Source of the DNA: Balanoglossus misakiensis
Taxonomy: Eukaryota; Animalia; Hemichordata
Length of the DNA stretch: 64,000 nucleotides
Assembly (NCBI GenBank): GCA_040954595.2
Contig: CM082594.2
Span: 11,796,985-11,860,984 of the forward strand
Direction of reading: 5' to 3'
In this document: in pieces, positions 35,701-46,645 of the stretch
Layout: each line of letters starts with the position of its first letter
Numbering within the stretch: position 1 is the stretch's first letter
Notes under the pieces: generated by a model
Told to the model about the DNA's origin: nothing
What the model saw: only the letters and a program-made list of their open reading frames with translations
The model's database searches: none
Made by a program: the position numbers and the translations under genes

Positions 35701-38700
35701 TCCATGTTGTGTATCTAAATTTATACATGGATAGAACCTGTTAATCTTTTGATTCTTATGTTGGGCTTTTAGAATACGAAATGAGGGAACAAGAGCAAAA
35801 CAAGCAAAAACAGGAACAAGAAGTTAAAAGTGGCGGCATTGAAGTAGCGTCATGGATGAGGAATGGGCAGGTTGGTTATCCAAAGAAAGATCCCACCACA
35901 GGCCTTCAGTTGTCACATCCCAAGAAAACATCAGATGTTACAGCTCAGGTGAGTCATGTGATCAACAATGGAACAATGTCACTCTGATTGGTCAAGTAGT
36001 GTAATGTGATTACAAAACAACTGTTTGCCCACCAACTGATGAAGAATTCATTTTTTGTTCTTTCAGAGACTTGACATAAGACGACAGATGGATCCAGTTT
36101 ACCAAACACACTTAGAAAGACAGGCAACAGAACGCTATCAGAACCAAGCAGTTGCCAAGAAAGAATCAGCAAACCTGGCAGAAAGGGTACGACAACAAAC
36201 AATTCACATCATCATCACTTATGATATTTGTTTCTATGACACAATCCAAGTCAGTGATCAACAGGGCACAATCCATTTGGTGAAATACATTTACAGTCAA
36301 CAACTTAACCAATTCCTAAAGCTTGTCATTATTTGTATTTCAATATTATTTTACTTCTTCCTGGACACCAATTGTATTCAGTGTTGCAGTTAGCTCCGTG
36401 TGCAGAGTTAGTTATATAGTTGGGAGTCATTGGAATGGAAGGGACAGACTTGCCAATGCAGTCACATCCCTGTATCTTTCTGCTTGCTTATAGGGCCTTA
36501 GGTTTAGGGTACAATAATCTTGGAAAACTGCCTCCTCAAACAAACACTGCTCACTCTATGGTTCAGTTCTTTGATATATTAGAACCATAATCAGGAGTAA
36601 TTTTATGAAACTCATTTCAGAAGAGGCAGTTTTCTAGGATAGTACCTAACATAGCTTGCACGCTCTCTGCTTATTCTGTACTGAATTCACTTGCAGCATA
36701 TAAATACTATGGACACATTGTGGGGTCGGCCTGGAGGTGGGGCACCTAACAGTCTCTATGACAACAGGAAACAGCTTTTAGACTTGGAGAGGAGTCCACA
36801 GGTATGATGTTACCATGGTGACCTTTGTGGAATAGTGTGTCTGTATGTTTAGATTTTATTTACATATTAACACTCTGTTGTTAACAATCAAATTCACCTG
36901 GTTACACCTGGTCATTATAATATGTGTGGCACTGTGTAAGGAGAGATTTGATATCTAACTGGGACATTTGAGTAATCAGCATGTTTGATTTTGTGAGATT
37001 TTACATATTCTGTACACATGTATAAGAGGCTCAACATCCAAAACTCATCCTTTGTGATCAACAGTTTTTTTTAATGCAACAAGAAACACAAGCATATAAT
37101 CAGTAATGTGTAGTATTTTAAGCTACATAGACGTTTGTTATGCAAATATATTGAACTATAACAACAGTGTTGATGTTTTAAAACTGTTTATCAGATAACA
37201 ACATCTTTCTTCAGAAGTAGAGAAAACTGTTTCTTTTTTTACTCTATCAATAATCACCCATCAACCCAGTCTTTCACATCCCATACTTGTTTGCTGTGTT
37301 TGAAGACACTAATAAATTTGTTCCATTGTTTTACAATTATTTCCACACATCGTCAAAACAAAGTGATATTTGTGTTTAGACTGGAAGATACAAAGTCATG
37401 CAGTGGTAGATTTCATATAGGATAATATTATTATATATTTCAAAATGAAATGTATACATGTATTAGTGTAAAATGAAATCTACCATGTACACTTCTACCA
37501 TGTACAGAACAAAGAACAAATGATTTTTTTTTTATCTTTTTATTTTATCGTAGCGAGCAGAAAGTTTTAATCCTAGCACATGGCTGACTCCTAGCATAGG
37601 CAAACCTCAGATTAGACCATGGGCGAGAACTAAATCATTAGAAAAGCGTTTCAATTCTCCAAAAGAAATTCCAGGCTCTCAGGTATCTCTCACACATAAC
37701 AGTCATTATGAGTTATTCACTGTGTTTTCCTTCTTAGTTCCTGTCCAAGTATTTTCCCCTTGTTTGCTCCTCACCTCTCCGTACACCTAATAATTGCGTA
37801 GTATTTTTTTGTTTGTCAGTTGTTTGTGTCAACAGAAATAAATGGAGTGACAGCTTAATGGCATAGCTCTTAAACAGAGTAGTAGCTTTTGAGCATTTGG
37901 TTTCAGTAGCAAGTAGTTGTTCTGACGCAAAAGAATGAAAGCAAGTGTTAAACTGATTGAAATGATCGCTGACAATTAGTGTAAACTGCTTTTTTGAATT
38001 GTGTGAGCTTTGGCAACATTTCATATAATCATCCGGTTTGTATATCAGCATTTTCCATTTAATGTAAATACATCACATAGCATTGCCTGTTTTGTTTGAA
38101 GTGTAATGGGTATGGCAGTGAATTTTTTTAGGGGCAAAGCACTGAAACATACAAGAGTCCAAAATGGTCAAAATAATATCAAAGATGGCAACTGGAGTGC
38201 CATCAGGATAAATCGCCATTCTTCCATGTATAATTGTAGTGCAGAATTTTGAATTGAGCTTGGAAAGAAAACTTCAGAATGACATTATCATAGCTCACCA
38301 GGGGTAAGGGTGCTTCATATACAAATACATCAGTTACAGAAAAAAATGCTACAATGTGGAGACATGATATTTGATAGCAATTGTACTATGTTGGGAATAC
38401 CTGAAGTATATTTTTGGTTTAATAATACTAGACCATGACTCTACTGTCTATGGTGTGATTCATTAGAATTGTGTATCAACTCAATTGAAAGAAAAAATTC
38501 CATTGTTGAATGCCATTGGATGTTACTTTGTAAGTCTAACATCTGTAAACAGTATCTGATTTAAAATTTGTTTTGTGTGGACAGTAAATCTTTCTTTCTG
38601 TGACATTATTGACTATAGTTTAACTCTTACAGCTGTTTGATTATGTTTTTTTTTTTGCTGTGATAAGAAGCATTCTAAGTCACAGATTTCCTGTTTGAAA

Positions 38701-39250
38701 ATGGGTGATTGTCATTCTCATGTGAAGTGACAATTCTAATGCTCGTAGTGTATTTTCTCTCAAAGTTGTCTTATGCCGTTATGGCAAAGGTTCTGTTGCT
38801 GTTAAACTGGTTAAGGATAATTTCAGTTACTGACATTATTGATAGGAAAAACTTCTGGAGTAAAATCCCCTCAAGTTTTCTGTGGCAGTGATTTGCAAAG
38901 TGTGCTCACAATTTGCTCTTGCTGTTTCCTTACAAATTAGTTTACTAATTTCTTGACTACATATAAATGCCATCCTTGAGATGGCCTTTTTATTGTTATA
39001 TCTTAAATGGTAATTATGTCCAGAAGTAGATTTTTTTTCCACAGTTGTATTAAGTATGGTGACAGGTAGGACTTTTCAACACTTTCATGGAGTGTGGAAA
39101 GTTAAATTTTAAACTTGAATATCAAAAGTCACAGCTCCTGTTCTTGTCCACCATATTGACACCAACTGTGAGTTAACATTGTGTTTTGTTTGTTTTTTAC
39201 AGAGAGCACAACCGGCTGTTAGAGCACCATGGGCTGTCTACACTGTCTGA
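22455..39250 (+). CDS. Uncharacterised protein with repeated CSPP1-like P[FW]GKPG[AG]GAP motifs, probably ciliary or microtubule-associated; up to 22 coding exons, ~744 aa
   Basis: Hand-assembled GT-AG exons with consistent phases: 22455-22620, 23657-23779, 25246-25354, 25565-25679, 25980-26096, (28726-28752), (29081-29107), 29744-29927, 30711-30784, 31020-31077, 31292-31393, 31676-31710, 32539-32670, 32787-32895, (33308-33367), (34438-34467), 35330-35518, 35773-35948, 36067-36186, 36697-36801, 37554-37682, 39203-39250 (2235 nt, ending RAPWAVYTV*). Bracketed exons are frame-neutral and may be optional. The start codon and last exon are less certain than the middle. Confidence 0.8.
26347..26527. 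repeat. 181-nt near-perfect inverted repeat (hairpin)
   Basis: Arms 26347-26435 and 26439-26527 pair at 84 of 89 positions around a GAA loop (26436-26438). Confidence 0.97.
26677..27978 (-). CDS. Tyrosine recombinase of the Crypton/DUF3504 (KCTD1-, KIAA1958-, ZMYM-related) type, 433 aa
   Basis: Uninterrupted ORF with N-terminal core-binding motifs (SKNT..AT..AV..F..YL; L..FYAEVR...GE.Y...SL..LRYGIQRF). Catalytic set R (FCRRGRE), K (TKNHQ), H-x-x-R (YTNHCIRAT), H (SRHRN) and Y (SISSY) is present, plus the CPV and WYENKPLGKNTL motifs typical of DUF3504. Confidence 0.93.
   Translation of the reverse strand: MASKRHADLTPAQLDDILLQMDSKNTRVATNNAVSVFRNYLSAKYGYSHREIETFTATTLDAALTTFYAEVRTQKGELYTNKSLQSLRYGIQRFFNQPPMRRNFDIVDGDEFSNSRKMFSAVCKRLKSQGKGNVVHKPAILPGDLAKLATYFSRSNTDATLLLHKVWFDIMLYFCRRGREGQRDLRPENFQVNTDDRGNKYVIQVGSEVTKNHQYDDDGVSGGIMYANPTNLSRCPVRTYELYISKINRKCDALFQRPRDNYSSDDALWYENKPLGKNTLSAMMATISAAAELSQRYTNHCIRATSITLLSESGFNNRHIMSVSRHRNEGSISSYVRDTSIQQKKLMAETLSSATMTPSAADETGDHGAAIATSSPPQQAHRSPLSSIISQPAFSGVAQPNINIPAPKSAAASLFAGATITGGNFNIFLGQKQ
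28136..28163 (-). promoter_or_regulatory. Probable internal promoter of the recombinase element
   Basis: E-box GTCACGTGA (28136-28144) and CCAAT box AGCCAATCAC (28154-28163), about 160-190 bp upstream of the ATG and just inside the terminus. Confidence 0.5.
28700..29127 (+). repeat. Duplicated ~75-bp block, each copy carrying a 27-nt microexon
   Basis: 28700-28775 and 29055-29127 share catgtatgatgtacttattcttgcag-[27 nt]-gtaagtga...acagaat. Confidence 0.85.
36504..36649. mobile_element. Degenerate MITE-like relic
   Basis: Imperfect ~30-bp inverted ends ttagggtacaataatcttggaaaactgcctcctc / gaagaggcagttttctaggatagtacctaa around a ~80-bp core; no ORF. Confidence 0.45.
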
Positions 39251-40884
39251 ACAGTGTGTCTTCTCAACCGACTATATGGATTATTATCGTAATTCCGTCC
39301 TCAACAGTGCAATCTTCCATGCCATGAAACATATATCTCAAACACTGAAGTTGTGTGAAATAGTAGTCCAGGTTATCATTCATTATCTAAAGAACTACAT
39401 TATTTGTCTATGCAAATAAATGGGTGCCTTTGCATATGAAATAATATTGTTATCTGAAAATAATTAGTTCCAGAAATATGTGTGAGCATGGTATACTACA
39501 ATAAGTGAAATCTTGTATGATCAGGGCATGACAGTATTATTTGTAAATTACTTTGGTTCTGTGGTAACTAAACAATTTTGATTCTTCAGAAGTACTTTTT
39601 AGAATTTATTATGCTGATAAGGTGAGCAAAGAAATGAGCCTTTCCCCTCAAAAGTACTGAATTCACTGTGGTCTGGGAGGCGATATGAAAGATATCTAAA
39701 TATAGTTTTGCTGACACCAGTATCTGGTGTTGTTGCTGTCTTTCTTGCATTACAAATTTACATAGCCACAAAATTGTGTACGTGTGTGTGTGTGTGTGTC
39801 TTCAACCCAAATCATGTAAAAGTCTGAATATTTTAGGAGGCAAAATGTATTAATTTGCTTAGCCATGGGAATTTACGATGTCACACAATACAGGAACGAC
39901 TACCATTTTGGGTGTGTGATGGTCAAATATGAACACATAGTTTGCACTGCGTGGATACCTTCTGACTTAACTGAAATCTCATTGCGGCTTTTAATCAGTA
40001 ATACTTTGATAACCACTATGTAAATATTTCACACATCAATCTACTGTCAGAAGACATGGATGTATATTTTGAAATTTCTAGCCATGTTTATATTTTTTAT
40101 GGAGCATTATCAAAAACAACACAAAAGTTATTTTGATAATTGACTGTATATATTATGTGATGTTTTTTATAAATTGTTTAAAATGTCTTTGTGTATATTG
40201 GGATTAGAGTTTTTGATACGCTGCCAGACAATGTTTCTTTTTTCACTCTTAAAATCTTATTACATTTTTTTTCAGGTTATCAGTCAATTGATGCATGTTG
40301 TTATGGTTTAGCTGACTAGTTGTTTTACTAACAAATTCATTCATTATAATTTGGCAAAATGAAATAACAGGATACAATGCAGAGTATCACATATATTGCC
40401 ACAGATGCAATTGTCTCTTATGGCTACTTTATCCTCTATTTCCCACCCTGGTGAAATGCAGAATAACCTAACCCTGTGAATACAATAATTGTTGCATTTG
40501 TACTCAAGAGGGAGTACTTTGAGGTTACTTGTTCGCTTTACACATCACGCTACTTACTATCACTCACCTTTTAGATACATTAATATTCCTTGTCTGTGAG
40601 TACAGCTCTAAAATCAGACCAACGTCAACATGATGACACTCACAGGCTCCATGTGATATGTACCTACCTTCACCATTCGTGCTTCCTTCAATATTCATTT
40701 TCACTAAATGTTAGACTACAACTTGAATAATGCCATAGACTCTCTAGGAAAACAGCCATATGTAGGCAATGGCATATAACTGAAAACTTTCTCAATATTG
40801 TCACACAAACTTAGGAATATTTTTCAGCTATTCAATATACATGTACTAAGTTTGTGGTCAGATGTGAACAGTTATATCTCTTAC

Positions 40885-41308
40885 CATGCCTTTCTCTAGT
40901 TGACTCCGCTGTTGTCTGTGTGTCCGTTTCAAAGATGATGGCAGTGATGTTCTCGTAGCCGTTCCAGTTTTCTTTTCGGCAAATAATGTTGGTACAGGAT
41001 GGCTTATTGTAGGGCTGTCACAACCGCCCTCAAAATGTCTGAACAAATTCGCGAATAGTCATTTATAGGCGACCAACTTTCTTCACAGCGAAAAGTCTTG
41101 CCACGCCCACTGGCCGTTCAACTCACTGAGTACTCGAATTTTCGTGAAGTTGAGAAACAACGCATCCATGTTCCAGCTGCCAATTTCCTCTGTCCTTGGT
41201 AGCTATGCATCTATGAGTGTTACATGAATAACGGACCATTATGCTTGTTTTTCGGTGATAAATTTAACGAAATGCTTCGTTCGAACAGCAGACGACACGA
41301 AGCGCCAT
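40885..41308 (-). pseudogene. Decayed THAP zinc-finger coding remnant (pseudogene or DNA-transposon relic)
   Basis: Minus strand reads ATG-ALRVVCCSN...(stops/frameshifts)...EESWSPINDYSRICS-[1-nt frameshift near 41041]-RHFEGGCDSPTISHPVPTLF. This matches the THAP W.P...SR.CS.HF...VPT.F signature and is followed by a donor ATG|gtaaga at 40885. Confidence 0.6.
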
Positions 41309-42916
41309 TTTTAAATGCCTGACCCCGACTGAAAGGAATTATTCAAATGACCTTTGGTGTGCGCCCTCTACCAACACTATTGCTGTAAACTTTCGTTACG
41401 TTTTGCACACAGCCTGGAAATGTAGCTCAGATGTGGGTGTATTAAGTATTACGTGTAAACCAGCATTAAAAGTACTGTACATATACCTTTCAGAGTTTTT
41501 ATATAGAGTACCAAAATACCCAGTATTCAAGTTGTCAGCCTGCATGGTATGCAGAACAGTATTATTAGCAGTCAGCTCATTCCATGAATCTACTTCTTGG
41601 CACTGTTTCCAAACTCCACAGAAAAAGTAACGAAGAATTCATACCAAACCAACTGAATGTTTATAGTTGGCATTGCAGGCCTGTACATACAGTGTGTGGT
41701 TAAAATTTCAGTATTAATGCACCTTTTCCTTCAAAACAAGATAATCTGTTTTCAAGAGAGTGATTCATCTTTTTTATGGTGTGAAACATTTTTTAAAACA
41801 AAAAAGCAATAAAATAAATTATTTGGACATTTCTACGTTTTGCGACTGTGTTATTTGTTCATCTCGCTTTTTACTGCAATGGTGATTGACAATATGCAAG
41901 ATCAATGCATCATTTACATTTCTTCTGCCAAACTTTATTTTTGCATGTATGCATGTATTGTCCTGAGTTCCATGAAGATGTAACATTGGCCATCATATTT
42001 TTGGTGGGCATGGCACCCAAGAAATATTTACTCTCCATTGTGACTTGAAAAAAAACCCAGACACACCATCATAGAGTAACGTCTCTGTGTAAATAATTAC
42101 ACATTTTTTATATGAAACAAAATATAATACTTCTAAAATCCCCAAAACAAAATTGCATGAATATTCAAAGTGATTATATAGCAATTAAAAATATGCACTG
42201 TATTAAAGTATACATCTTTAGTGTCACCAGTGTAAGTATGGTTTGCAATTCCCACAAACTAAATGTTGCTCTCTCAGAACACGAATATTTGAGCAACAGC
42301 GCCATCAATGGTCAAAACATAACTCCTTACTCTATTACTATAAGTGTACAATCAGTCCTGCAACACAGAAACTTTGACAACTACAAATTAACAAGTTTTA
42401 CAACGTACAAACAATTTCGTAATTTACCGGTCAGCCTATTTGGATTAATAGAGAGATACATATTCTGCTAAGTACTGGCCATCTAAATTATAAACTGAAA
42501 AATTATTGTGTAATCTGTTGAGAATAAAAGTGACAGTCATTTAACCAGAGGAACAAGTTTCTGTTCTTTCAAAATTGTCTTGTTACAAAAATGGCAGACA
42601 TCTGAAAAAAGCATGAGTCCCATTACAATACCTTGATACATATTAAGCACCTCTCCCTAACAATGTTTTAAACAATGATTTCGAGTAAAACTTAAATATT
42701 GCTTTCAACTTGTTTTCACAGTAAGAATTAAGAGTTCCTCATAGACAACGAATGTGAACATTAACAATAACATTATCTGTCACCTATTTTTTCCCCTTTA
42801 CATTTGTACATAGAAAATAAATCTTGAATCAAAGAGACTGTAGAGTTAAGTAACAAGAGAATTCCTTATATGTATGTACATTTCCTAGACTAGAAGGTGC
42901 GTGAAAAAAGCTGTGA

Positions 42917-45110
42917 CTAGCTTGATGTTGTCGGGGGATGCATTGGTTGCGATGATAATTCCAACTGTTGTGTGCAAGGCGTTATGACAAATCCAGAACT
43001 GAAATCCACTGTTGTACCTTCTTTGTCCTGTAAATGAAGCAAAAACAATAAAAAAGTAAGCTTTGTCAGATCTGACATTTTATTCAGGAGTGGGCCTATT
43101 GACAACATGTATATATACAAGATAAAAATCACATTGATTTTGACTGTTAAACAGGAAGATAAAACTACCACGGCATGCACTCACTCATCACTCCTCCAAA
43201 CAGCTGTGTGTAATTTTTGTTTGAAATGAAACACTTTCATAAAATATTATTGTAGAAATGAAAACGTAAAACACCACTTACTGCTTTGTAATCCAGAAAC
43301 ATTTCTTTGAAGGCTAGGAAATCACTAAAGGTAAGTAACATTTCAAAAATTTCACCATTTAATTCATTTCTCCTGTTCCTGAAATGAGAGCAAAAGATCA
43401 GTGTGAAAATGCAGAATGAAATATTGTAAGGTTGAAATTACAGGCACATAAACTGTCAAGGGAAGACTGCACATGTGCACATATCTCACAATTGGGGTAG
43501 ATAGTTCTGTAGCCCATGTACTTACTGAAGTTGATCGGTAAACTCTGTCATTGTAAAACCAGGCATTCGTGCTGCAAGTTGATCTTCTATATATTTTTCT
43601 ATAAGTTCTGTCTGAGAATCATAAAAGAAAACACGGGTATTTTAGAATCTATTAACACCAACAGTGAAAACTACCAACATGCTCATTGTCAGTAGGATAC
43701 ACTTCATCATTCCTTTTTAACATTTGCTTGAGTCAAAAATCTCAATACATTCTATAGTTTTCATTCTATCTAAACAGCTATACCCATGTTAAATTCTTTT
43801 TTATTTTCCTTTTACCACTGATACTTACATATTCTTTAAATATATCTGTATATATGAACTTATTTTCTTCTGTGTCCTCAAAATGCTCATAGTATTTGTC
43901 CATGAAGTCTGTTTGTAGTTCTTGGAATTCATCATCTGTGGATGCATGGAGCAGATTCAAAATATCAGTTTTTATTTGGCACTTTCACTGGGACTGTTCC
44001 CAACCTTGTTAACACTATGGAAGTCTTGTCTAGATAACATTGATTTTATATCCACAACGGCATTTCATGTTTCTGGATTTTCTATAATTAGTGCATCATT
44101 GCTACGAGGGCACGCATTACAATGCTCTGTACACAGTAAAAATGTTAATGCTCAAAGAAACAAATGATCACGCTTCATGCAACTTACCCATAATGATATC
44201 TTCTATATGCCCTACTGTTATGTCAAATTTAGTGTCAGATATGCTGGAACTAAACACAAATAAATATTGGTAAAAGTAAATCTATCTTTTCGCAGAGTAT
44301 AGTGAGGCTAAATGTTTTAAAAATAACATTGTATCACTATGATCAATGAAGTTTTTTTTTAAATCTTTAGTGATTATTCAGAACAGAACTGACGCATTAG
44401 TAATATCTCAGTTATTGAAACAGCTACATGTACACACCTTACGTATCAAGGAAGTATTTCAAATGGTGACTGACCCCATTTTACTAATACAGAGAATGCT
44501 CATATTTATTCTGATCATGTTTACACTTGTAGCAGATTTGCAGACTGTAACACAGACTGGTATGGTCTGAGTTAACTAACGAGTGATGAAGGTGCACCAG
44601 TGGTGACAGAAAGACAGAGAATGTTGCAGAAGTCATTCAAAATGAGACCAAAGAAAAAGGTTTTTGCAGTGTGTTGTTGGGAGTAGAAAGAAAGGAAATC
44701 AAGACATACATGTACCTGGAAGTTGCTAAGTCTTCTTCTTGAAAATCCATTTCTTCCACCTCTTCACCTCCTGGTTCATGAACGAATTAAAATAGGACAC
44801 TGACTCAGAGACTGTCAATTGCAACATTTTCAGCAAATATTCATGGACTGGACAACGTTTGTTTATCATCCCCGTTATTACAACAATCAACATACTCATT
44901 GTCACTTACATGCATGTATGGCATCGGTTGGTAACTATAACATTACTCATGTGTTTTCACAGCGATACGTGTTGGAAATCAGCTCTAGTGAATCACAGAT
45001 ATGTAAGTGTACAACATCTACAATATAAATGATTAAAGTTGCTAAAATGTGCACGCTTGCCATTGACACAGTATATCAAGAAGTGACCTACCTGGAAGTG
45101 CGGACGCCAT
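42917..45110 (-). CDS. ARL2BP: ADP-ribosylation factor-like protein 2-binding protein (BART), 7 coding exons, ~178 aa
   Basis: Exons 45110-45092, 44770-44716, 44249-44188, 43935-43829, 43611-43526, 43378-43282, 43027-42917 join in frame (537 nt). FDITVGHIEDIIMDDEFQELQTDFMDKYYEHFEDTEENKFIYTDIFKEY and GEIFEMLLTFSDFLAFKEMFLDYKA match the BART domain. Confidence 0.95.
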
Positions 45111-45394
45111 TTTCAAAGATTGGAACGTACCGTTATGTACGAGATTTCAAGTTCTCGCGATATTTCGGCTCTGCAGCCTTCGCGACCTTTAACCTTTGCA
45201 AGACTGAAACTTCAGGTTTCAGTCAAAATTCAGTGCTTTATACCGGCACTTGTTTACATCTGCATGCGAAGCCGGTATTGTCAACAAATTCGTGTGTATT
45301 TAGTTAAGGATGGTGTAACTATTTTCAGGGATTTTTCTTGGCCAAAGCAACGAACTGCCATGCCTACAAGCAAATGTTACAGCGCCCCCAGTGT
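45104..45394 (-). promoter_or_regulatory. ARL2BP promoter region
   Basis: YY1-type AAAATGGCG overlapping the start codon, TCTCGCGATA (45153-45162), CpG enrichment, CTCF-like motif at 45381-45394. Confidence 0.45.
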
Positions 45395-46645
45395 TACTAA
45401 TAGAAAATAATTTGACCAGGGAAATTCATCTCCTTCCCAAATTAGTTTCACATATCGCTTCAGGCACAGGCATGGATCAAGTACTGTGCGAAGGCCCAGT
45501 GATTTAACATTAAAAAAGAGATTTTCTCCAAATCACATACAAGCACAGTATTGAGAAAATCATGAAAATAGTTTATATCTTTTCAAAAGAAGCTTCTGCC
45601 CCCATATTCATTAAAAGCTCCTTCTTTTTGGTTCTTCTTATAAGCTTGGGGGAAGGAATATTAGCAATTAATCAAAAGTTAGCCTCTTCTTAATTTGGAA
45701 CATAAAGATCACATTTAAATCTAGGCAAACAGTTATTTACAACATTTTATTTGATATTTCTTCAGTTTAAATATCCATTGTTTTCAAACGGTGGAAGGGT
45801 TAAATACACAAGAGTAAACAAGATCACAAGCATAAAATATATCCTATAACTTATGAAACATGTCCCGTATTGTATTGTTTAATAGTAACATGTTTTGGTA
45901 CGAAATGTCCAAGTTGATATTACTTTTTTCCATTACATGAATCTTTCAAAATATTTCACAGGATTGGCATAGATATATTTGTGCGTTTATCCACATAAGT
46001 ATTGGCATGTATTACATTTTAGTGTCACTGAAAATCAGTGTCTAAATAGAAAACTTTATATCTTAGATGCTATTTTGAACTTATAAAGTGGGCCTAATAC
46101 ACATGTCCTCAAATAAAGCTCCCCTGCCCTTTGTCATGATTTCCCCCTTCTTCGAACAAATACACAGCAGCCTAGTCAGTCTGAAACATAAAAACATTCC
46201 ATGTTGTACACATTGCAGTTTCCCATTGCTTGACTTTCATTTGGGACATTCTTTCTTTTTATGTTATGCTGTTTCCTTATAATACAGTTCTAGCAAAAAT
46301 AAAAATCATATAAATGACAATGTACAAATATAAACTTTATAAAAGTAAAATTTACAACCTCGTCAGAAGAAAAGTGATTCCAACGTTTTGTCAACCCACT
46401 TAATTAGAAAAAGATCAATTCACAGCAATTTCACAAAAGTGAATTGTTTCTTAGAATAAACAAACTAAAGTAGGTACATGTACTGGTATATATGAAATTG
46501 CCAGCACTGATGCTACATTTTAGGTTGTGTTTTCGAATTGAAAAACAGACCGGTATGTCATGATGGAGGCGAAACTTGGCATGCAAAATCATCTGCCCCC
46601 CCCCCCCCCCCACACACACACACAAAAAAAAAAACCCAACAACAC

